The notes beneath the pieces are model-generated. The model ran no database searches and had not been told where the DNA came from. It saw only the letters and a program-made list of their open reading frames with translations. Of a DNA stretch of 64,000 nucleotides, positions 55,370 to 64,000 are shown piece after piece (the stretch's first letter is position 1; every line of letters starts with the position of its first letter). Source of the stretch: Cyanophora paradoxa CCMP329 (lineage: Eukaryota; Plantae; Glaucophyta); assembly GCA_004431415.1 (NCBI GenBank), contig QPMI01000643.1, positions 93,496-157,495 on the forward strand, read 5' to 3'. The position numbers were made by a program, and so were the translations under genes.

Positions 55370-56249
55370 TTCATATCAACAAGATCACCATAATAATCTC
55401 GAAACTCAACTGTTAACTCTCTAATCACAAGGTTTCGATCGGTTATTTTTATGTATTCACTGTGCTCTCCACTGTGATAAACATACTGTCCAATATCTTT
55501 ACTCAATTGCAATCTGAGAATCGCCCCTTGATTCTGTGGTTGTGATCTTGGGACAATATTGTGGTTTGTAGCAAATGGGGAGAGTTCTTTAATGTGCATG
55601 TATAAATACTGTTCTGCATTCATGTCTGTCATCTTGGATGCTTCTAACTTGTAGTTTAAGCGAGATGCCTCGAATTCATATCCTGTGAATGTGATTCCCC
55701 ATTGGGGATGGTTTGGGGTGATTGGGATTCCTGCAAAATAGAGGAAATTCTCGGGGGCATATAAAGACCTTGCAGACTCTGGGAAATCGTAGGTTTGCTC
55801 AATTGAAGCGACCCACTCCACAGAACTAACCCAAGAAGTTTACCCAATCTCTGTGTAGATGCTACCATCTCGAATTGAACATTACTGTAAAACTCCAATT
55901 TGTAGGAAGTAGGATTGTAGTAGACCTTGAATGCATATGTGAGATTGTTGCTCCCAGTAAATGTGAAATTCAGACCATAATTATATGGACTGGTGACCCC
56001 GAAATGCCCTTGATTAATATAACCACTTGGGAGAAGGAAGACCTGTTTGGTTTCAGAGATGCCTTGGTAGAAGAATCTGACAAGAAGGTGGTCTGTTCCA
56101 ATGGAATTATAGATGCTGTTGGGGATCTCTGCATACAAAACTCGACATTCTCTTGGTTTGGTCACTGGGGTTGTGAGTGAAACTTTGTAGGAGTTTTCTA
56201 TTTGTCCATCTGATCGGTCTCTGCTATCTATATTGACCAGCCGAATCAT
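55370..56249 (-). pseudogene. Element A penton 2, interrupted by element B
   Basis: MIRLVNIDSRDR...YGDLVDM, completed at 26621-26564; additional frameshift at 55830-55832. Confidence 0.88.
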
Positions 56250-56277
56250 TTTAATATATGTTTATAGATAAAAGAAG

Positions 56278-57288
56278 ATGCCTGTGGATTACATCGAAGT
56301 GAGCTCTTTCAATACAATTTCGGGAGATGGACCAACTTCGAGTTTTATTGCTCGCCTCCCAAGCACCTATGAATTTGTGAGAGCAGTAAGACTGGTTTCA
56401 GCAGAATTCTATAACAGCATTCCCATGGTGAGTGGTGAAACCAAACCAGGAGATGTGACAATAGATAATGCAATCTACCTTTATTGGTCTGAATATTATT
56501 CTGGTGCAGGAAGCACTGGTATTCCAACTGATCGACCTGCTGCCGATTATGAGCAATGGAAGCACATTGTGATAAGTCGCAGCACACCCATTCAAAACCA
56601 CCAACAACTGGTGAATGTAATTAACTCCAAACTTGCATTGAGAGAGCCACCAGTAGCAATTCGCTGTAAATGGGATGATACACTGAAACGAGTAATATTC
56701 CATTCCACCATACCGTTTTACCTGGCTTTCTCAACTGCAATAAACCCAACCCAGGCGCAGATTCAGAGGTTTTTGAGTTCTGCTCGACTGCTTGGTCTTG
56801 ATCCTGGGAGATATGGTAACACCCCAATCCAATCACAAGTTTATAATACTCTGACTGATGGTATCTTTACTGGGTCGATGGTGCATGGTATCATATCTTC
56901 ATTTGAACCTGAAAAGACCAGGGATAGTGTTCTGTTTGTGAGAGTAAAGGAGTTGGGTGATCTGGTTCAATGTGGTGATGGTCTCCTCACTGGATATTTC
57001 CACAAAATCGTTGTTCCAGATAAAGATTATGGTGAGCATGTCGTTTATAATTCGACAGAAGCCCATCCGATTTATAAATACTATAACAAGAATCTGGGAC
57101 TTTCCACATTTTCGGTTGATATTGTGAATGCAGTTAATGAACCAATTGATTTCGAGGGTCAACCTGTCCACCTCACCTTCGAAATTCGATATGGTGATGA
57201 ACCTGCTGGTGATCCTGTGTACGAATACTTCAAGAGGAGAATGGCGGAAACACATCCATCTTATCCGGTTATTGCGAATTTTGCGTAA
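56278..57288 (+). CDS. Element A minor capsid/penton protein 1 (intact ORF)
   Basis: Highly similar to 41325-42334. Confidence 0.75.
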   Translation: MPVDYIEVSSFNTISGDGPTSSFIARLPSTYEFVRAVRLVSAEFYNSIPMVSGETKPGDVTIDNAIYLYWSEYYSGAGSTGIPTDRPAADYEQWKHIVISRSTPIQNHQQLVNVINSKLALREPPVAIRCKWDDTLKRVIFHSTIPFYLAFSTAINPTQAQIQRFLSSARLLGLDPGRYGNTPIQSQVYNTLTDGIFTGSMVHGIISSFEPEKTRDSVLFVRVKELGDLVQCGDGLLTGYFHKIVVPDKDYGEHVVYNSTEAHPIYKYYNKNLGLSTFSVDIVNAVNEPIDFEGQPVHLTFEIRYGDEPAGDPVYEYFKRRMAETHPSYPVIANFA

Positions 57289-57341
57289 ATCAAGGATCAT
57301 TGGTGAATTTTTTATGTTGCAGTATAATAAAAGAGATAATC

Positions 57342-57776
57342 ATGGATATTACTTCGACCCTCCAACGTCTTTCTCTGAAAGAAGCTCTAACAACCCGGAA
57401 GAAGCCAAGGCGTTCTTCTTGGACAACTCTCTCATGCTTGGTCTTGAATCCAAGTCGAAGCCAGTTCTTGTTGTTGTGAACCCAAGCAACACTTTCGAGA
57501 ATAATGCTGGAAATCGCATTAGTTTCAAGCTCCCTCGCTACAATTTCTGTGGAAAACTCGAACTTGCGTTTGACCTTCCAGCTGTCACTTTTGCTGGTGA
57601 TACCGACCTTGTTCGCAATGGATACGTTCGCCCAGTTGGTGCTCTTGTCTCTCGACTTGAAATCACCTATGGATCTTACACCTTCCATGTGCCTTCTGAT
57701 TTCCTTGCTCATTTCCCTCTTATCTATTACAGTGAGGATCAACTCGCCAAGAAGAAGCGTTCAATGGGAATGGTTC
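57342..57776 (+). pseudogene. Element A major capsid protein, 5' part, interrupted by the Gypsy LTR
   Basis: Matches the B MCP up to KKKRSMGMV, then sequence switches to TGTCGG at 57777. Confidence 0.88.
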
Positions 57777-58032
57777 TGTCGGATGAGAGGATTCCCACCC
57801 GGTGCAGCGTCCGTGCGGTCACGCACGGGCTGGGGCTGTAGCTGGGAGCACAAGTGGTCTATTCACAAGTGTACCCGTCCAGGGATCGCGTACCCCCAAA
57901 CGGAGTCGCGCCCGGCGCTAAGTCAGAATACAGAGAGTGCTAGAGCTAGCTGCTCGATAGCACTAGACTAGGGCTAGCGGCTACGCATAGACTGCCGGCT
58001 AGCCTAATCCGAGGGAATCGCGGCACGCGACA
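57777..58032 (-). repeat. 3' LTR (256 bp)
   Basis: Termini TGTCG...CGACA; preceded on the minus strand by the purine tract AGAGTGAGGAGT (58033-58044). Partner LTR not in the window. Confidence 0.7.
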
Positions 58033-58716
58033 ACTCCTCACTCTGCATACGGTGCGTCCTCGCACCGGACCGCGCCAAGCCGAACGTCGAGTCTGCATGC
58101 TCGACGGGGCGTCCACCCACCGCGGGGTGTGCACCAACCACGGCAGCGACAGGGCGGCGGCGAGTGAACTCCTCTCGAAGTAGAATGTCCGTCGTCAGCA
58201 ACCAGATATGCCAGGTAGCATAGCTCGCGACCGAAATAGGAGCCGATACCAGCATAGTGCATGTACCTAGGCAACCCCAGGCCAAGCTCGAAAGATGGAA
58301 AAGCATAGAACTCGAAACCCCCAAAAGCTGGCCCAAACTCGCTCCAACGGCGAGAGCCGAAGGAGAGTGGCACGGATGGGAAGTTTCACCGCTCGGGAAG
58401 AAACCAGCGAGGAGGTATCCGGGCCGCCCATCAGGCCCAACGAAAGGATAGGGCACGACTGAGTGCACCCCAGCCAGCAACCTCGAGCCCTCACGGACCC
58501 GCAGGCACCCGGGAGGCCTACACCCAGCCACTCTCCACGAGCGACGGGCCCAGATCCCAGAAAATGGAACGAAAGGCCCAGATGGCGCCCCGTGATTGGC
58601 CACCAGCCAACCCACGTCCCACCTCGGAAGCCAGGGCTGAGGCAAAGCGGGCAAAGAAATCTGCCCCACGGCGCAAGCACAGCGATCGCAAAGGGAACAG
58701 CAATGGGACGAGCTTC

Positions 58717-61700
58717 TCACAGGTCGTCGACCAAAATCGCGTCATCCATCTCAACCTCGTCGCCCTCGGCAGCCCGCTCGGGGCCCTCGGCGTCAACGTC
58801 AGGGGCGAGAGGTGGATTTTGTTCTTGAGCGGGCGAGTCCGCGAGTGCAGGGTCGATCGCCGGCTCGTCGGCGTTCACAGCAGTCTTCCGAGGCCGACCA
58901 ACGCGGGGACGGGCTTGAGACTCGGAGAGACGCGTGCGGAACGGAAGCATGCAGTCGATGTGGGCAACAGTCTCACGCAGAGGACGGGTACGGGCATCGT
59001 CCTTGGCGGAGTAGGGCTTAGCCGACCCCTTGACCGTGTAGGTGTAACCGCCAGGGTTAACACCAGTCACAGTGTAGGGCCCGACCCACGAATTGTACAG
59101 CCCTTTGTTGTGTTCGCCCATCCAGCACAATACCTTGTCGCCAACCTCAAAGCGGCGACGATGAGGCGGGTTGCCGGTGCGAGCAACCATGCGGTTCCGA
59201 TAGAACCGACGGTACTCGCGCGAGGCAGCGTCGGCGCTCGCGGCGGCTCGCGTCATCGCGAGAAGGTAATCAGCCGGGTGCGTGTGGTCGGGGTTCACGA
59301 AGCGGACGCCGGCTCCGAAGCGCACTTCGCAGGGCAGGTGCACTTCAGAACCGCGGTGCAAGACCATCGGGGAGAACCCGGTGGCGGAGTGCACGGTGGT
59401 CCGCAACGCGAGAACGATATCGGCGTTGTAAAGAGGCCAGTCAGAGAGCGGCCGCTTGTGCTCACGGCACATGGCGTAAGCGAGAGTCTTGTAGACTCCG
59501 CCCAGGCGCTCGGCGCCGCCGTTCGAGGCGTGGTGGTAGGCGGCCGCGTGCACGAACCGGGTACCCTTCTCCTTGAAGAACGCGTTCCACGCGCCCCCAA
59601 CGAGTTGGGACCCGCGGTCCGTCAGGATGCGCGCGGGCACGCCCTCGTGCGTATAGAAGTCGATCGCGGTGGCGAGCAAGGCCTCGCCGGAGATACGGGA
59701 GAGCGGGTAGATATAGCAGAACTTGGTGTATGCGTCGACGTACGCGATGATGTATCGCGAGCCGTCTTCGTGCATATCCAAGTGGAAGATATCCACCTGC
59801 CATAGGTCTCCCTTGCCCGAAGGCTGTATCACCTGAATGGCGGTACGGCGGGGCTTCGCGGCCTTCGCGAACTGACAGTGCGGGCACGACCGCACAAAGC
59901 GAGCGATGGAGGCGTACATGCCAGGCCACCAGAACCGCAGGGCGATCCGACGGGCTATCACGGGCGCGCCTCGATGGGCCCAGCCCTCGTGATAGGCGTA
60001 GAGCACCCTGTCGATCCAAGCGTCCGGCAAGACGGGTAGGAACCGGCCGGCAGGGACCAAGGGTTGCGCTCGATGACGCCGTCGTCGGCCAGGCTGAACT
60101 CGCCGGCCAGGCGTGCAAAGCGCTCCTTGGCCCGCAGGCAGTGAGCGCAGCTGGGCGAGCAGGGATCTGCGTCGCGCCTCGAGCCGCGGGTACAGACAGT
60201 TGGATTCTCGCCCTCTGCGTGGAAGGCGAGAAGCTTCTTGCAGAAGGAATCCTCCTTCTGAGCGGCGAGCAGACGCTTGCGCTTCTCGGGCGGGAACATA
60301 CGGCGCAGCGCGTCGGGGAGCGCCCCATCGACGGCTGGCGAGGGTCCGCAGGCCCACGCGTCGAGGACGGTATCCACGAAGACCGGCTTGCACGGCGGGC
60401 GAACGTCCCGGCCTCTAGGGTCGAGTTCTACCACCGCTGCGGGGCAGCGGCCTCGGCGGCGACCGTCTCAGGCTCGAGCGGGGCGGCGTCGTCGGAAGCC
60501 TGCCCGCGGCAGAGGGGCGACCTCGAGCCCGCGGCGCTGGCTTGGGTCCGGGGGGACCGGCCGAACGCGGATCTGGTGGCGAGCAGTCTCCGGGGAGAGC
60601 GAGCGTCGGCGCGGAGGCCCGGGAGGCGGCTCGCCCTCAGGGTCCTCCGGCTCCCACTCAATATGAATCGGCACCGGCCGATCCGAGGGTCGACCGGGGA
60701 GCGCCAGTGGCGCGTGTTGTACTCATCTCGAGGCTGCCGCCTCAAGGCGGGGCCGCGAGGGAAGAGCGCGTCGGGATGCAGGGGCCGCGGCTCGGCAAAT
60801 CCCTTGGCGCCCCACCGACGGGGCCCGGTTTCCGAGCGCTTCGGGACTCGCTCCGCAAGAGCGAGGGGGAAGCCGTCAGCGTCGCAGGCGTCGGAGGGGA
60901 CAGGCCCTTCCGGCAGCGACTCGTCATCGATCTCGCCCGAGGCCTCGGCTCTGCGTGAGCGTCCTCTAGCAGCGCGGCCCGGGCGCCCAGGTCGCCCTCA
61001 GGGGCGTCGGGCATCTCCGCGTCCGAGGGAGCCTCGCGCTCCTCGACAGCGGGCGCCGGGCCCGGCTCTCGTCGTTTCGGGGGCGGCGAGACGACTCTGG
61101 CGCGGGAGGCGCGAAGCGCTCTGGGGCGGCCCGCGCTCGCTTGCGCGTGGCGGCGTCAGTAGCCGAGGCGGAGGCCTTGGCCTCAGCGAACCCAGCCGAC
61201 GCAGCAAGCTTGGCGAGCTCGCGGGGCAGGCGTCGCGGCGCGCGCTCTGGCGGCGGGGGCTCGGCGTCGGAATCGGTTTCCGCAGCACCGCCAGCCTCAC
61301 CCTCAGGCTCGGGCGCGGGCGCTTCAGGGGCGCCGGCGTCGGGCTCGGCCTCAGGAGCACTGGCTGGCACAGGGGCCGCGACTCCTCCTCTGCATAAGAG
61401 GAGCGGCCCGGCGGGGAAGAGGGGGCGCTCGCAGGCGCCGCCCGGGCGCTCGGCGTCTAGCGGCTCGGCCACCTCGCTGGGGCTTCCGCGCGGAAGCCGG
61501 CGGAGTTGGCGAGCTGGCGCAGGGCCGCTCGGTCGGGCCCAGCTGCATCCTAAAGATGCCCAGCGGGACGTCGGGATCCTCAGGCTCAGCCCCTACAGCA
61601 TGTTGCGGGATGCCGAAGCCTTCGGCGCCCTTGTAGGCCGCGGGCTTGGACGAGGAACCGTCTGCACCGCCTGGCTGCCAGACGGGGTGGTCCTTAGGGA

Positions 61701-63159
61701 GACGCGAGCACGCGTCGGGACCCCCGTTCTGCTTGCCAGGGCGGTAGACGATCTCAAAGTCGTAGGCCTGCAAGAGCAGGGACCAGCGACCGAGGCGGCC
61801 GTCGTCGGGTCCAGCGTCTTCAGCCACTGGAGGGCGTGGTGGTCGGTCCGCACCAGGAACTGGGGGCCGCCCAGCAGATAGTGGCGCCAATACTTAATGG
61901 CCCAGACTACTGCGAGGCACTCCAGCTCCGTAGCGGAGTAGTTCATCTCGGCCGGCAGCAGCGTGCGGCTGATGAACGCGAGCGGCCGCTCGACGCCTTT
62001 GTCGTCGGCCTGGCTCAGAATTGCGCCGATAGCGTAGGTGCTGGCGTCCGTCTGGAGAATGAAGGGCTTCGAGAAGTCCGGGAACCGCAATATAATATCG
62101 CGGCCCAGGAGTTCTTTCAGCTCCTTAAAGGCGCGGTCGGCGGGCCGTCCTCTGGCCAACTCCAGACGGCGTCCTTCAATAGAAGGCGCTGCATGGCGTG
62201 CACCACTTTGGAGAAGTTCTCGACAAAGCGGCGGTAGTAGCCGGCGAGGCCGAGGAACGAGCGGAGCTCGTCCGCGTTCTTCGGCGTCTGCCAGTCCGTG
62301 ATCACCTTGGTCTTCGCAGGGTCCTGGCGGATCCCTTCGGCGGAGATGCGGTGGCCGAGAAGGTCGATTTCAGGCACGCAGAAGCGGCACTTCGACGGCT
62401 TCAGGCGCAGGTTCGCCTTAGAGATCGTCTCGAAGAGCGCCTTCAAGTCTAGAAGGTGCTGATCGATGGACGGTGAGAAGACCGTGATATCGTCGATGTA
62501 CGCGACGACGCAGGTGGTCAGCAAGGGCCCAGGATCGCAGTGATCGCGCGGGAGAATGCCGCGGGCCCGTTCGTGACCCCAAACGGCGTAACCTTCCACT
62601 GAAAGTGACCCCAGGGGACCACAAATGCAGTGTAGGCTCGGGAGCCGGGGTGCAGAGGCAGCTGCCAGAAGCCGGCAGTCGCGTCAGCAGTCGAGAAGAC
62701 CATCGAGCCGCGGAGGCGCTCGAGCTGGTCGTCTATGCGGGGTAGGGAAACACGTCCCGCTCGGTGATCTGATTCAGCCTCCGATAGTCGACACAGAAAC
62801 GCCAAGTGCCGTCCTTTTTGGGGGCCAGCACTACCGGCGAGCCATATGCCGCTTGGGAGGCTCGATCAGCCCAAGCTCAAGGAGTTTCTGAATTTCCTTG
62901 CGGGCGTGTTCCTCGGCGTGCGGTTCATACGCCGCGGAGGCGTGAACACCGGAAGGCGAGTCGTGAGTTTGATCACGTGCTCGTAATAGAGCAGGTTGCT
63001 GGTGCCCTCTTTGGCCTCGACCTTGTCTGCGAAGACATCCTTGTAGCGCCGCAGGAGCGCGTGAAGTTCGGCTTTCTGCGCCGTCGTGATTGACGGGTGA
63101 GAGCCGAGCTCAGGAATCTTCTTCAGCAGCTCTTGCCACTCCTCCTCTGCATTAGGCAC
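58717..63159 (-). CDS. pol: Gypsy pol (RT, RNase H, integrase), several frameshifts
   Basis: [59 protein letters not shown]; YH...AH...CPHC, QVDI, TDRGSQ, NGGAER, GPY. Confidence 0.92.
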
Positions 63160-64000
63160 CGGCCGCGGTGCCTCAGCGGGCTTCGCGTCGGGTGCTGCAG
63201 TCGTAGGGGGTGGGGCATCGGCCGGGCCGAAAGCGAGGCTGTGACCACACTCTGGGGTGGGGCCTCGGCGTCGGCGACCGGTGCGGCCTTGCGGACCGTA
63301 ACGTCGCCGCGCATGGCGCGGACTGCATCGAGCAAGTCGCGCTCCGCTTTTTCGGAGAGACCGGGGAAGGTCGAGCGCAGGGTGGCGTCTCTGGGGACGG
63401 ACACTGCTCGACTGCGGCGACGAACTCGTCGACCGAGGGGCTGTGATCGGGCCGGCGTTGGGGACGCGCTTCGTGACGACGTGCTCATAGCATCGTCGTC
63501 GAGGCTAATGATGCTCATAGCATCAAGGTCCTGCAACGGCGGTCGGCTGTGTCGAAGGGCAGCTCGCCAAACGTGACGACTATATCGTCGACGTCGTAGG
63601 GCGGTGCGCGGGTGGGTCGGCGGGCTCAGCAGGCGCTGCGCTAGACAGAGCGCGCTGCTTTTCCGCCTCATCTACGACAGAACGTAGGGTGGAGATTATT
63701 TTCTCAACGTCTTTGGCGGGCTCATATGCCGCGCCAAGCATGCGTGCTTTTCTATTAAAGTGGCGAGTCCAGTGCGGCGTTTGGCAGGCACGATTCGCAG
63801 CCGGCGAATCAAGAGGTCTGTCAATGCACTCGCACTACAAGGCATTTGCTCAGGTTCGTACTCAAAATCACCAGGCGGTAGGGCGACCGCCGAAGCGACC
63901 GCTACTACCGATCCTAGCGCAGGGTTACCGGCTGCCGGCCAGGATTGCACAACCGCACGTGAAACATTTTGTCTCCGGGTGATTATGCAGCTGGTAAGGG

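Larger units (their letters stand above)
55370..57776. mobile_element. Element A continued (capsid module)
   Basis: Homologues of penton 2, penton 1 and MCP in inverted orientation relative to B. Confidence 0.88.
57777..64000 (-). mobile_element. Ty3/Gypsy LTR retrotransposon (5' part beyond the window)
   Basis: Order RT - RNase H - integrase - PPT - LTR on the minus strand; GC-rich. Confidence 0.93.

Noticed and set aside
58004-58720. Extra env-like ORF between integrase and LTR
   Set aside because: Overlapping GC-rich ORFs with no recognisable domain; treated as 3' UTR.

Overview
Eukaryotic nuclear DNA from a very GC-rich, intron-dense protist or alga; the species cannot be fixed from sequence alone. 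1-8.2 kb holds two divergent host genes: a C2/EF-hand PSD2-type phosphatidylserine decarboxylase, and an LRR/coiled-coil class III adenylate cyclase in which about 13 of 31 introns appear to be GC-AG. 10-17.6 kb is a decaying, secreted multi-pass membrane protein gene surrounded by palindrome-saturated DNA. From about 18.7 kb to the end is a nest of four mobile elements. (1) An RNase H- and Ulp1-protease-bearing LINE is cut at 24886 by (2) an AT-rich Polinton-like virus, element A. (3) A complete, closely related 28.7-kb virus, element B (26622-55369; 1065-bp TIRs; 6-bp TSD TTCATA), splits a minor capsid gene of A. (4) A Ty3/Gypsy LTR retrotransposon cuts the major capsid gene of A at 57777. 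Element B encodes rve integrase, protein-primed PolB with an apparently dead exonuclease, AEP primase-D5 helicase, packaging ATPase, double-jelly-roll MCP, two pentons, patatin-discoidin, a 2248-aa phage-like fibre and AdoMet decarboxylase. The most novel signal is non-coding. Both viruses end in ACACATA-initiated fold-back hairpins with a perfect 28-bp stem and a pyrimidine-mismatched interior. Both also carry iteron-type candidate origins, and B has an extra copy directly behind its helicase gene. All calls come from manual motif reading; no database searches were run.
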